The position numbers and the translations under genes were made by a program. 64,000 bases of DNA from Ptychomitrium polyphyllum (lineage: Eukaryota): contig OZ316775.1 in assembly GCA_973851085.1 (NCBI GenBank), positions 3,596,001 through 3,660,000 on the forward strand, given 5' to 3'. Of this stretch, positions 1 to 13,830 are shown in pieces; position 1 is the first letter of the stretch, and each line of letters begins with the position of its first letter. The notes under the pieces are model-generated. The model was not told where the DNA came from. It made no database searches and saw nothing but the letters and a program-made list of their open reading frames with translations.

Positions 1-1500
1 AGCACTAGATAATTATTTTACCTAAATATTATATATCAATAAACAATCTTGTATCATTCTTGATTTAATGTGTAATATTTACTTGCTTAAAAAAATTGAT
101 GCATGCATAAAGATCTAAGTTCTTATGAAGTGCATAATCTTCTTTCTAAATTTCAAATCATTACAATGTGTTGAATATATAAAATAATTACAATGGATTC
201 ATATTATTTAAGTGTTTTATATAGATTATAATTATTTCAATACACCTTATTTTTTTCAAACATAAAATTTATAATAAAAATTAATATCTCATTTCTAATA
301 GATTTTAAATTTTTGTATCCAATGAATCCATATGATTATATCTTTTATCTCAATGGCAATTTGCTAAATGATAGGAATTGCTTCTTATATATATAAATAG
401 CATTTTTTAACAAATTTTTTATAATAAAAAATCAAAGACTTTATAAAAATTATCTAGTTCCTTAAATTTATGAGATTGAGAATTTCCAAAGATAATTTAT
501 AAATTGATTCACAGTTTATTTTACTAAAGGTTCAATGTAAGCTACAGTTCGAGATTTATGTTGTGATTTTTTTAATATAATCATTGTTAAAATTTCTGAG
601 TTATATGTTAAAATCTCTGAATTATATGTTAAAATTTCTTTTGATATTTTAATTACAAATACATTTTGTATGTTTTTTAATTAAGTTTGATTATGATTGA
701 TTAAAATGATAACGTATTTGATGAAATTTTGATAATAATTTATGTGATTAAAATAAAATATTGTTTCCTAACCATGAAATTAACTTAATAAAAGCTATTA
801 TGATACTTTTCAAAAATCCGTATTTGTTTTGTTTCTAAATGCATGCTATGAAATTTGTAAACAATCAATTGAAGAATCAATAAAATAAATAATACATATG
901 ATTATATGCAACTAAAAAAGGAACATGATTACAAATGTGATCCAAAAATTATTGATGTTATGACTTGAAGAAAATAAACATAAATAGGATGATTTTTTTT
1001 CTTCAATTTTGACAAAAAAAACATCTACCATATTAATATTCATCGTTATAAATGTAATATATGACATTTCTTAAAATTTGTTGAGTCTTTTTAAGAGGAT
1101 GGCATTTAAAGCAGAACAATTAGAAAAGTAAGAAAAGTTAAAATTAAAGTAAGTTTATAAACACGAACCAAAATATAAGGTTTTTTCAAACCGGATTATA
1201 AGGATTCTTTTTATATTTTGTACATAAGCTTAAAAGTGGAAAACAAGAGATGGATGTAATTTGATAAGGTTGAGATGATTTAGCAATGACATAAAAACAT
1301 ATGTAAGTGATTCCATAACATTTTTAATCAAACAAGAATAACTCATGTATTCATCAAACATGTGCTAAACATGGGAAGAGGATTTTAATCCTGGGATGCT
1401 ATAGGAAGTACATTAATTGATAAGTCTTCGCTACAATGTACCAAATTTTCTAGTGAACATAATTTTCTTATTTAAACGTAGGTCGAAGAAAATTAGTATG
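1..1500. other. Very AT-rich non-coding tract, probably decayed transposon sequence
   Basis: No ORF of 60 aa or more, visibly extreme AT content and few CpG. Family not identifiable; boundaries approximate. Confidence 0.5.
585..639. repeat. 21-bp tandem repeat, about 2.6 copies
   Basis: tgttaaaatttctgagttata / tgttaaaatctctgaattata / tgttaaaatttct. Confidence 0.85.
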
Positions 1501-1617
1501 GTGCACAGTTAAGGGGGTCCAAGATTGGTTGAGCTAGCTCCAAGTGGCTCGTCATCTTCCCAACAGGTGTCCTTTGAAGGCTGACGATCCCTATCGCCTG
1601 AAGTCCAGTCACAATCC

Positions 1618-1661
1618 TCGTTCCCAAAATGGTCGTCGTTCCCAAAATGGTCGTCGTTCCC
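1618..1661. repeat. 18-bp tandem repeat, about 2.4 copies
   Basis: tcgttcccaaaatggtcg x2 plus tcgttccc. Reads GNDDHF-GNDDHF in the minus-strand ORF 1509..1775. Confidence 0.9.
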
Positions 1662-1852
1662 GGCCTTAGGGCCCATGGATACCCAGGATGTAGAGCCCTT
1701 GGATTTGCCGAAAGGAAATCGAGAGGCCGAGGATGGTGGAGCTTCAGTCCTCATTGCTTGAAGACAGAGGGACATACTGTCAAGTGAAAACCATTATAAA
1801 GGACATTGAATGAACTGTATGGCGTTAAGTGAAAGCTAAATGTATATGTTGA

Positions 1853-2404
1853 GGTGTAAATTGTTGAAGATTAATTGTCAACATCAACTATAGCATAACT
1901 TCAATTGTTTTGTAACATAAAATATTTTCACCCTTTCTATATTGTAGTCAAGATTACACAATCCACATCTATAACTTCATAGTTCTATGTAGACTCCATG
2001 ATACTACATAAACTCCATAACATTCATAAATTTCATAATACTATATAAATTCTACAACACTCTCTTCATCATATGATACAAGGTTGGCAAATGATTCTCT
2101 AGTGTATTTGCATTTGGCCACAATTTCCTTATATACTAGAACTCATAAACACTCTTTTTAACGTTGTTTCCATTATTCTATTATATTTTTGATAAAATGT
2201 TGATCAAACTTATCTTAAGATTTGTCACTAAGTGGACTTTAGCCTCTTTGCCTATTATAAGTCAAGGTTTTTATCAACATAGTCAGATACAAGTATCTTC
2301 AAAGCTACAAATAAATCCAACTTAATATTGTCTTATTGGATGAACTCCACCAACTCATCATCTCAAGTGGCCACAAGATGATTCAATAGTTCAAAAGCTA
2401 ACAT
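1853..2404. mobile_element. Dispersed repeat copy A (LTR or 3' non-coding part of a Gypsy-like element)
   Basis: Collinear similarity to 61823-62675 (aattgttgaaga..ttgtcaacatcaactat; caagattacaca..ccacatctataa; ataagtcaagg..ttatcaacatagtca; aagtatcttcaaagctacaa). Copy B adjoins an integrase relic. Confidence 0.75.
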
Positions 2405-4790
2405 ATCTAATAAGTTCTTTATACCTTATGGTTCCACCTACTATGAAACATTTAGCACTAATTTAACACTATACTAAATAGTCATATGACTACCAAATTT
2501 TCATGGACACCATCTATGAAACCACTCCATTATTATTATATATGACTTTGAAGTATATATGTGTAGCAATATAGAATTTTAAAGTGGTTGTGATAGGCTT
2601 AATACATGGTGCATTCTGAAACAATAATGGTAATAATATAAAGAAAGATGAATTCACACTTTTTAAAAAAAAAAAATGGTGGTGACAATAGACTTGTGAT
2701 ATAATAGTTTTTTGAATAGTATTTGATGGTTATGTAAACACAAAATGATAATTATAGGTTACTTTCACTATTTTGATGGCTCACACCTAGTGGCAATCAC
2801 AAGATGTTGTTGCCAACATGCTTTAAAAATTCATAACTGTTGTATATAATATTAAATATTATGATTAGTCTTTCATTATACTCTTGATCTTCAATGATTC
2901 AAAATATTTTTATAGTAGTGCAAGAATTGAAAGATACATGATGATAATAGCTTCTTTTGAACACCCATTTATACGACTCTAACCTTTGACTGTATAAGGT
3001 TATTGGTTACCCTCTAACATTTTCTCCCTTCTCTTCCATTTTCGTATGTTGTTCACCTCCAACTTTCACATTAGCATGAAATTACTATACTTTTGCATGG
3101 CAGTCCGCGTATCCTCTTCTCTAGGATATCTCCTTGATTCAAAGGGTCATAGCATCTTAGTATACTATATGTAAGGTCAGTTCTGACAGAAAATATTTCA
3201 GAAACTTGCAGTCAAAAATCTCTAGAAACTACTAATGTAAATTTAATGAATCAGTGAAAAAGATATAAAGATATAACTTCTAGTTGCAGCACATGTAATG
3301 ACAATTTAAAAAATAGATGATTTAAGATTTAGAATAACTTTGATAAACTGATTATTAAACATTTTAAATAATCATTGAACAATAATATGTTGAATCTGAT
3401 TCTTATGCACTAGCATACAAGAGTTTTAGTTTTCTCCCCTCTTCTGGTGCTGGTTAAAAATTTGTCTGAAATCTGATAATTTGTAACTGACTCCTCACAT
3501 GGTTTCAAGGTATAAGTTTATCAGCAATTTGGAGCATGGAGCTTATGTTGATTCTGTATGATGCTGGTGAATAGTGTGGGTTGTTCCTTTTCTGCCATAT
3601 TTGATGGCTTTAAAGAGTTGCTGACAGGCATGTTGCTTTTGTAGCAACCTGCGCCAGCAGAAGTGTGTGCCTTCAACAACTTGTTGACATCATTTTATTG
3701 CAACCTTTGAACTTCCTACTACTTTATAAGTTTCTGCAACTGTGACTTCCTCTAAACTTGCAAGATTTCACTGTAGCCAAGGGTCAAGGTTTGGTAGTAT
3801 ATATTCCAAAATTTTGGAGTTCTTAATTTTGGAAAGTTCTTAGTGTATTTGTTTGACTTCGAAGAAAATGTCTAAAAAACGCAATTTCAAGTTGGCAGTG
3901 TATGTTCGGATGACTTTTGACATAAAAAATCCTAAATTTGGGGGTTTTTTTAATCGACAGATTGAATTCTTCAAATACTTTTCAAAAATTTGCACATGTA
4001 AATCCTATTTTCATAAACTTCCTTCCAATGATAAAATGGGAAACATGTATGTACTATTTGAGAATATCTTTCTTAAGCGAGGAAGTATTTCCCACACCCT
4101 CCAGCTTGCTAGACGACTCTCTTGGATTATGACATGGATTGGTACCCACCTCTACTGGCTCAAAACTTTTATCCCCATTGTAAAGAGAGTTCTTCTGACT
4201 GAAAGTTGTCAGGTTGGTATCCAAATTGACTTCAACAGAAAAGTGTAAAATCTGCAGACCGATCAAAGTTTCTTTTCCAAACCAGTCCATTTATGAATAA
4301 ATTACACCAACTCTGACGCACCCAGAACTTGAAAAGACCAACAAGTCACTCTTCTGCCAAAAAGCACACTGCAACAACCCTACATGGATATCATCTTCAA
4401 ATGACTTCCCAGTGATCATCATAACATGATCAAATGCAATGGATTTTTTCTGTTTGTTTCGAAAATAAAATAAAAAGTAACATGATCACACAGATACCAA
4501 GTTGAATCACTACCAACACTAATGATCACCAAAGCAATCAACTCATATGTGATCAGACTCAAACCAGTAATCATAAAACCGTTAGTTAATCAAAATCAGT
4601 TCCCGTGTAGATACACCACATTTACAATCGAATATTTGACCTATTGAATTCATACCGTATTATATAATCGACTTGTAGCTCTTAAATTGAGTTAGTAAAA
4701 ACAACAGCTACCGAGTGAATCAAAATTTTAGATTTGTTGCTCATCTATTATGAGGCACTAGCCCAGAATAGTAAGATCCACCAAAAAAAA

Positions 4791-4812
4791 CACACACACA
4801 CACACACACACA
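4791..4812. repeat. (CA)11 microsatellite
   Basis: Read directly; preceded by an A-run. Confidence 0.95.
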
Positions 4813-6133
4813 ATTCCAAATACAAGCTTTTTTCTATTTTGGCAAGTTTGCGAAAGCACAAAAGAACCCACTTGTGATTGAAAAATAAGACCTTGATGCT
4901 CCTGCTACAGCAATGAGCTGAACAGTTATTATGGCTAACTAATCACAATTAGCAGATAGAGCTATGGAGAGAATGCAAAATAGCAAACGAGGGATTCAGA
5001 GAGAATTTAGCATACTATGACCCAAATCCCACTTCTCGTTAAGCTAGATCATAACCAAGTGCTAAACAAGTTAACCATGATTAGAGCACACTCAGTCACG
5101 AGGGGAGTGCAACGAGGCAGCGAGAGAGAGACTCATAGAGAAACAGGAAGAAATGGCTATTTCAGTCGCATGTGGGGGCTGCGGCTGATCCATCTCTACC
5201 AGCACGATGCTCTGTCGGGATACTAGGATATGAAGATAGAGAAACGGATATACTTCACATAGCCAGGTATGCCATGTTGCAGTTGTCGTCCACTTTTGGA
5301 CAACCACTCCCTTCACCTCGGAGGGGCCAGCATTTCTCTCCTGGTGTTGTAACTATCATGTGACTCATGTTGCACTTGCTGTGTTCATGTGTCGTGTGCC
5401 TTGTTGCGACGTCCCTTGATAGGCACCTTGAGGTTGGACAATCTTCACAGGGTTATGTCATGTGAGAGTTCAATTTGAAACTTTGACAGTGGTCGGGCGT
5501 ACCATTCAAAATTGGTTGTTTGGCTCAATTGGTTGTGTCTGAAGTCGTGAGTTCACCTGGTAGTTGAGAGCGTTTTTTTTTCCCGTTTTCTGGTGTTTTG
5601 TTGGCGGTGGTGCAGGGGTTCTAACATAATGAGCATTTGAGTGGTCGTGTTGACGTTCCTGTTAGTCTGTGGGTCTTGGAGAATTTTCCATGAGGGGGCG
5701 CTGTGATATGAGACGAGTGGTGGTATCGTTACGAGCACAGCGGACGGTTTGAAGGAGGTAGATGCTCTTGAGCAAACTAGAGGACGGGGTGAGTGCGGTT
5801 TTTGATTGAAATTTTGAAGGTTGGTATTTGGGCCATTCGAGTGGATGCATACAAGACGGAGAGGGTGCGCGAATCCGTCGCGAGTCTTTCTAGACTGAAT
5901 CTAGAGCGAAAAAATCCCCTTAGCCGGTTTCTTCTTTCGAAAATTTTGTGGAAGAAGCACGAAGCGCAGCCTTAGATTGCGGTGAAGGGCGTCGTTTGGG
6001 GCTGAAGGGATTCAGAGGGCCGGTGTGGAGGTTAGTAATATGGATCGCCGGTAGCGTGGAGAGTGGATTAATTATCTTGGGAGGGAGGGGGAGGAGAGGG
6101 CGCGGGGCAAGTGGCAGACCGCGTGTTAGAGCG

Positions 6134-9100
6134 ATGGACGCCACCATCGAGCAAGTGCAGAAGCCCGTGATCACCAACCCCAGCGAGTGGGAGGAGTCGT
6201 ACAGGTCGCTGCCTTACCTCTTCCTGGGCCTCTTGATCACGTGGTTGGTGCTAGTCTTCGTGTGGACTCTCAACACTTGGATCAAGCGACGATGGCAGGT
6301 ACTTAATCTCACATAACTACTTGCGAAATCCGCGAGCTGGATTGGGCTGCTCCTTGAAATCTTCAGAGCTGATGCACATGAATAGAATCAACGGATCAAA
6401 TCGGTTTTATGACTCTTTTTACTTGGTGCCTGTCTAGCCCAGGCGGGATTGAATTCCTATCCCTCTGGATTGATAGAAAGCTCTTGCTGAATGGGAGGTT
6501 TAGAAAAGTGGGCCGACTGAGAGCAACTGTTGGTATGATTGAGCGGATTGAATTGTATTTCCTGGCAGCACCACTTTCTTGAGTATGGTCGTATCCCGAC
6601 TATTCCATTGAGTTTAGCTCTCATGATTCGTAACTCGTTAAGAGCCCCTTGTGAATTGGCTTCTTTTGGCAGAGTTTATAATATTAGCCGCAATTTTGGA
6701 ATCGCTGTGAAATCTCGATTATTTGTTTTTTTGACTCCCCAGTTTTTGACGATGTAGTGGATTGTTGGATGATTGCAGACGAGTAATCTGCAATGGGTGT
6801 TGACAGCCGTGCCAGTGCTCAAGTCACTTGTTCTTGGCCTTTCCTTTACATTCTGGTACTTTTCTTCGTCACTGCCGTATTTGCTTAGTTCAATGATTTT
6901 TTAATCTCGTCGAGATCTTTGATTCCTGTTTTAGATTCATCAGCTCCCTTGCAAGGTTGGTGAATCTACACTGCTAAGTACTGTTAGGGTAGCACTAGGC
7001 TCTTCCCATTTTTAATTTGTCAACAGTTCTTCAATAATAGGATCTTTTCTGACTTGTGAGGTCTTTTGTAGGTATTCGTGCTTGCATTTGAGCACCTGCT
7101 CATTCTGGATAGCCTTTGGAGTTTTCGTCTCGCGAATCTTCTTCGAGACTGCATGTTTTGTTGCCTTCCTTTTGATTGCCCATGGCTACTGTACTATGCA
7201 CGAGCAACTCTCTGTGTCAGAACGCCGCAGCATCGCTGGCCTCGCCTCACTCTTGTACCTGACCCTCACTGGGTATAAGGCAGCGGTTTCTCAATTTGCT
7301 GTGAGTCACTTATTCCTATTGAAAATTCTCACAACTTACTAGTTCATGATAACGGACGACTCGCAAGATAATTCAGTGGGACGTGGATTCTCATAGTCAT
7401 GGCTGAAACCATTGCATGAAGCAGAGGGAATTGCCAAAAGAATTTTTGCGAGATTTGGAGTAGTCAGTTGTTCGCTGATTTGCAAGTTGCTGGACAACTG
7501 CTTTAAGATGATAAGTTAAACATCTTGTCCCTCGGCTGTGCAGGTTTTGGTGGTGCTGATTTACGGGTTGCTCCTTTATGTTATTATGGTACACATCGCT
7601 CGTAACCTTTCAGTGCTGAGGGAGCAGCTGCAGCAAATTCAGGAGGGGGGCGTCTATATAATGCGCACTGCTATTTATACCAAGTATACCATGTTCAAGT
7701 AAGCTTTAAAATGACCATAGAACTCTGCTATTTAGGACTTGTTGGTCTTTAACCATCGCATTATTTTAAAATCTCGGTTTTCAGATCCACAGTGTAAGCT
7801 GGAGCTGATCTCGAAGTGTTTCTTCTTCCGTGCTTCTGCAGGAAATTTCAGCGTGCAATGCTGATGATGGTTGTTGCTGAAACTTTGGTGAGGAATTACA
7901 CTGATACTCCTTATTTGAAAGTTCAACTTTTTGAGGTAGGCTGCTTAAGAAGAAATTAGGGCAAGATATTTTGTCATTGATTTGAGGAATGGGGTTTGAT
8001 GTATTGGCCAACTTTGTCGTGGACAGATGCATGCTCGTGCTGATGGCATGGCCAATGAGTACTGGATGCGCCTGCTTGTCCGAGAGTTTGCAGAGATTGC
8101 CATCTTCTTCTACGTTGGGTTCGTACTTATCAGAATAATGTTTAGTTATTGAGCGAGTATGTTCGATGGGGAAGCTACTTGTGAAGAAATACTCGTTCAG
8201 CAGTCTACAAGACCACTAGGAATACATAGGGTTCAATTTCATATTTTGATTATCCTCCATGATCCTTCTTTGCAACTTCCATTTAGCCCCCTATTTCATT
8301 CTCTTTTCTTCTCCCCACTTCTTGTACTTTGACTTTTTCACAAGATGCAAATGGATGTAAGAGCGATCTTCATGTTCCTTACGTAATTCTTTGTCTGCAG
8401 ATGGACCTTTAGATCTCGAGAGCTGACCCCATTTTTCACTGTCAATCCAAGTCTACAATCCTCTGGGCAGCGCATCTTGCCACCTATTTACAGTGTGGTA
8501 ATGCCCTTAACCCTTATATGCTTTGCATGAGCACGTTAGAACCCGTCAAGTAAAGGACAGAGTGCACAACAGTCTAAGCCTCATTGTTTTTATTCTTGCA
8601 GGAGATCAACGAAAAACAGTTTAACAACTTGGATCACAAAGAGTGGCACATTGGAGTGGTGAGCTTTCTTTTCTGTATCCACCTTGATCTGATTGCCTCC
8701 TTCGTTGGCGTCAACTTCTGAACAACTTATTAAGACATTTAGGATGATATATACATATGCACACACACATATGTGCATATATATGTAAATAAATAAATAA
8801 ATAAAAAAAGAAGAAGAAAAGAAGGCAATGTTTGACAGTTCTTATTGCATTCTGCAGCCAACCTCAATCTTAAAAAATGGAAGTACCCAGAGGCCAATGC
8901 TAGTGATAGTGCAGAACCCAGTCCTGTCGGACTTCGCCTTCAGTGACAACTTTATCAAGGAACCCAAGAAGCCAGAAGGCGCCTTTAACGTGTCCCACAA
9001 CTTCCGGCAACAAAGATGTTCCTCTGTCAAAGGACCTGACTCATCTTCATCCTTGATCGACCATGAAGGACTTCAACTTCGGTTACGAAATTCTGGGGAT

Positions 9101-9340
9101 CTTTCGACGAGTGCAGAATCTTGTAGCCAGAAAGACAACCGACTCCCTGGGTCTTGTGAGCGCGATCTGAAGGAGGAAAGTAGGTGTGTCGATGGCAAGG
9201 ACGATAGGAATGCCATGGTCTTCGTGAATGATGTGGTGGTTGATATGAAGGGATTCAAGGGCTACTCATTTCTCCAGTTTGATAATTCTTGCGATGATTC
9301 CCGGACGTTCCACTCTAGATCAAATTCAAGTATAGTATGA
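6134..9340 (+). CDS. Uncharacterised plant multi-pass membrane protein, about 466 aa, 9 exons (possibly related to GOST/lung-7TM proteins)
   Basis: GT-AG model with consistent phases: 6134-6298, 6779-6855, 7072-7300, 7544-7698, 7842-7887, 8027-8118, 8401-8497, 8602-8658, 8858-9340. About 6-7 hydrophobic helices (YRSLPYLFLGLLITW, NLQWVLTAVPVLK, FLLIAHGYC, YWMRLLVREFAEIAIFFYVGWTFRS), then a low-complexity tail. Family assignment is from recall only. Confidence 0.85.
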
Positions 9341-11289
9341 TTCAAGTCGTTTACAGATTACACCCTTTTTGATTCTTACAACGAGCTCAAAAATTTGTTC
9401 TCTATGCGGGCAGTTTTGGACATGTAAACTAAGTGCTTTTGGATCTGTCATTGATCATTTGATAGCAAGCCATCTTCTCAGTGACCAGAACTAAGTAATT
9501 GTACGATGTATATATATGTACAGTAGCTCAGCTTCCCCTTGATGACAGATTCGAACCAAGGGAATTATATGGATATAGTTCCTTAGTACATCCTCAGATT
9601 ATGTGATAGTAGATCCTCGTGCGAAGACTCAACATGCGATTCGCAGGTCTGACAAAAACGTCACAGGCTCTGATTCTGTTCGTGGATATTCGCCACTTTG
9701 AACAGCTGTAACGTATCCATGTATACAAAGTATGCATTGGTAACCAAACTCGGTTCATGAGTACTTGACTAACAATGTTAGTCCTGGTTCTGCTGCGAAT
9801 TCTCTCTACTGACGCTAGACTTGTGTGACCCGTGTGATGACTGGAATTTTAAAGGGAGTGTGGCAGGGGACCGAATTACCAGTTTCAAGGTCTCTGGTAA
9901 TTGTTGAAATCCGGATCATGATTTTTGCTTTTGCACTCCGCTTAAACCACCAAATCTGGAGCATGTTACAGAGCTGGTGCGGATTGCTTCACGTCATTTG
10001 CCTGCATAAGCAACAAATTATACTTACCTGTACTTTGTTCAAACTTCGGTGATGGAAAATTCTTGTGGTTGCTGCTCTGTTTCGAATCCATGTGAATCAC
10101 CTCTTAAGCAGCAAGGTGCCATTAAAGTCAGTCACACTGTTACATAGTATATTATAGTGTTCGCTTGTCGTCAGAAGTTAGAACCCTTAGCTTCCTACTT
10201 ATTTGTTTGTTGCCTATGATGTGGGAGATTTTTGCAGGAGCAGAATTATTTAAGAAAGTGATTTGCAATGAAGAATGCCATCGCAGGTTCTAGCTAAGAG
10301 GATATTCTCTAATTTCATTAGAAAGTCAGCGTCTAGCAAGTACCAAATTATTCAGCAATAGATTGTGACGACCTCCAAGTACAGGTACTCTAATTGAACG
10401 GCGGTTATCTCAGCAATCACATTGATCAAATTCGGATATTCCTATTTTAGACGTGGTTGCTCCACGGATCGGCACCTACACAACGACATGATAAGGTAAT
10501 TGGAAAACAAGCCACTTATAGATAAGAGTTGTACAACTTGATCAACTTGAGCTAGACAGAAGAGGAAGTGATCATCTCGTTTCGGTGGTGGCTTTGGGCG
10601 GTGAGCGACTGTGAGGAAGAAGCTTTTCACCCATGATTTGTTGCGGGTGGAGATGGAGGGAAGGAGTGGAGATACAATTAGAAACTCTTAGCGGTGGTAG
10701 CCAAAGATCAAGCACCTGGGTGGATTACGGGTTTCTTTTGCTGAACTGGTCCACCCCTAATTAAGCAGCATGTCACTACGCCACCACGCTTGCAGCCCAA
10801 TCTTTCTGCTTGGATCCTCTTATGTGAAGGTGATTATATGCTAGAATTATTGCAATACAAGACCTTGCTTCTTGCAGTCTAAAGCACCAACATTGCATCT
10901 CTGCTTTTCATTCCATTTCTGCTCAGACCCCATTGAAACTGCACTTCGTATCTCCACTCCAGGTATGATACTGAATTATAAATTGCGTCATGCACTCCAT
11001 TCCCAAATACTTTGGTTTATATGATTGAGTCAAGTACTCCTTTGTGATCTTTTTCTTATTTCAATAGTGCTTGGCTATCGATACTCCAGTGAGCTTCATA
11101 GCCACAACATGTTACAAGATGTTCATATGGTATTGATATTTCTGCTTGCTCATTCATGTGTTAAATATCAACTATGCTTGATTTCCAATTGCAATGCATT
11201 GTGTTCACACACTGATTATATGCACCTTTCGTTGCTCCCGTCTCTGCTGTGAAGACATTCAGCAACAAGGCGAAACAATATTCTGGGGC

Positions 11290-11665
11290 AGGAGTGACTC
11301 CGGTCACCCTGCTGCTGATGTTCATCACGTCTCAGATGGCTGAGGTGGACACTTCTAACCTGAAGTTGTCATCCCGTAACGTCATTGCAACAGACGGTGA
11401 ACATACACTGTCACTCAGATCATGCCGACTTTGGCCAGGAGACCACTGGAACTGGCATCAGCTGATACACCTTCACCATACCCAATTCAGACACTACAGG
11501 TGACGAGTATTGGTGCAATTTGAGTCGGCAGAAAAGACGAGTTCCTACACCCAAGTGTTTGTGGGCAAGAATGCCGTGGACAACATGCCGTGCCATTGCT
11601 CTGGTTCCAAATACACCTGGATCACCGAGGTCAGAGGCATCTCGTGCAATCTAGACAAGTACTAA
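11290..11665 (+). pseudogene. Disrupted S-protein homologue (SPH / Self-incomp_S1-like) secreted protein
   Basis: Joining frames gives a hydrophobic leader VTLLLMFITSQMAEV, then EVVI-RNVI-QTVNIHCHSDHADFGQETTGTGIS*YTFTIPNSDTTGDEYWCN-ESAEKTSSYTQVFVGKNAVDNMPCHCSGSKYTWITEVRGISCNLDKY*. This fits the SPH pattern VxIxN..VHCxSxDxDLG..YxFxF..FWC..CxW..GI. Needs several frameshifts and has TGA at 11463-11465; start uncertain. Confidence 0.7.
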
Positions 11666-13702
11666 CGCCCATGGGGTTCAGCATCATGAACATCTGCCAG
11701 GTTTTGAACTCTCTGTGTATATACAGCTTCTGGACCGAATAAGCAACCGGTTATGATACATCCACCTTAACAAACTTAATTATGCAAAGACTCCACTTTC
11801 ATGTCCTTGGTACAGCTGAATGTTCAATCAATACAGAAGCAGATTTTCTTTGAACCGGCTTTCGATGTGACTGCCTGAAATTGTATTGTTCAAAATCTGA
11901 TGAGTAATTTACAGTTGACCCTCCCCAAATGTTAGGTCTCCGAAGCCCAAAAATAACATTTAAAGAGGTGTAAGATATAACAAACACAGAGGGTTAGTTT
12001 CAAAAAAATCACATTTATGTAAGTAACATTAATTAACGGTGAAAGTTGTAAGAAGTAATAATTATCAACAATAAGAGGTACATGTGAAGTGACATAACAT
12101 TCAAAAAAACTAATACATTAGTGAATTATATTATTGGAAATTATTTATTAATAGTACTTTGATGAAAGCTCTAAATTAATTTTTTTGCTAAATCCTTTTT
12201 AATAGATTTTAGCTTGGAACTAAGATGATTAATTGTCATGGGATGTTGTTTAAGATAAGTGTAAATAAGCTTAAATGCTTTAGTTACTATTGAAAATTCA
12301 GCTGGTTGTACTAACTATGTCGTTTCATCTTTTTCATCTTAAGCAACATTATTCATTTGTGCCATTTGAACAAAGAAAGAGTATAAATAATTTCTTAGTA
12401 TAATTTATATTAACAAAAGGAGACTATACAAAAAATCCTAAATTTACTCATTTTCATGTGATTATAGATATATACAAATGATTATTTTTACATAATATAT
12501 ACTACTAGACATACCATATATTAGAAAAAATAACAAAAATAACATTTATTAAGGGTGAATTTACAAACGAGAGAGCGTAGATTTTTTAATATTATGTAAC
12601 ATTTAATTTATAACATTTGCAAACATGTTTTTATCAAAAATGATAAAAAGATAACAATAAGGGCATTATAACGTTTAAAGAAGTAACATTTTAAGAAGGT
12701 CAACTAAATTTTGGATGTTAGGTATTAAGTTATTCATCTAGTTTTAAAATTATTGTAATAATTTTATTTATGTATTATTAGATTGAATTATCATTGCGTA
12801 ATATGTTTGTTATAAAGTTTGAGTTTGAAAACTAAGATTTGAAAACTTGTCCATTCTTCAAATTCATTTGCAAGCAAACATTCCAAGCTAGTGACATTCA
12901 TGTATTGTAATTATGGCGAGGTTTTATTCATTGAAATTGAGGCAATTATAGTTTAAAATTACTAGTGTTGAACATCTTTATTTTTTGTAACTTAAGTAGC
13001 TCTAAATTTAAATCACCTTTTGAGATAGAAGTGATAATTTCAAAATGAAAGCAAGAATTTAAAATTTATATGGGTTTGATAAACCATACATAAAAATAAA
13101 GTGTTGATAGTCTTTTTATAAATAAGATGATTACATGCAAAAGATTGGAGTTTTTATTTGATTTTGAATTTATTCTATAAGTTTTAAAGTTTTATGTAAG
13201 ATTTTTTATGTTATTTTAAAACAAGGTTGTGTTATGTATAGATACACATTTATGGTCGTGCAAAGTAAGATGAGTATAAAGGTTTTTAGCAAAATTGGCA
13301 CTACAAAAGTTTTATATTTTTCAAGGTTGATTTTTATTTAGGATTCACATGCATTGATTGCACATTGATTGCTCTTGTGGTTGCAGTTTTTAACTATTTC
13401 TTAAACAACAATAAACACTTTCCACTCCATGCTACAACATTTCTTTTGTATTGATTGCTGTAAGGTAATTTACTTCATTAGTATTTTGAATAAATGCTTT
13501 TGCAAAAATATTTTGATGAAGTTATATAATTTAAGGTTTCAATGTGAATATGACAAAAGATTTGGCAAAAAAGCTTTAATATGGATACAAATGAACAATG
13601 ATGCATCAAAATTGCATTGTTTTGTAAAAGCATATTAAGGCTTAATTCTTTTGTCTTAAAAACCATTTGATTAAAGATAATTTATTTAAAGGAGGACTTG
13701 CC

Positions 13703-13830
13703 TATATACTAGCCCATATACATTTTAAACACTAATCCATATATATTAGTCCATGTACATTTTAAATACCATTTACATATACTAGCCCATATACATTTTA
13801 AACATTGTTCATATATATTAATCCAAATAC
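13703..13830. repeat. Degenerate 36-37 bp tandem repeat, about 3.5 copies
   Basis: Unit approximately tatatactagcccatatacattttaaacactaatcca; copies 1/3 and copies 2/4 look more alike. Confidence 0.85.

Noticed and set aside
3853..4248. 131-aa plus-strand ORF
   Set aside because: AT-rich, non-ATG start in the track, no recognisable motif or splice support.
13340..13460. DCSCG...PC pattern suggesting a MULE SWIM finger
   Set aside because: Interrupted by stops, conserved His not recoverable, no other transposase motif; too weak to call.
13703..13830. 36-37 bp repeats of CRISPR-like length
   Set aside because: Contiguous minisatellite with no spacers.
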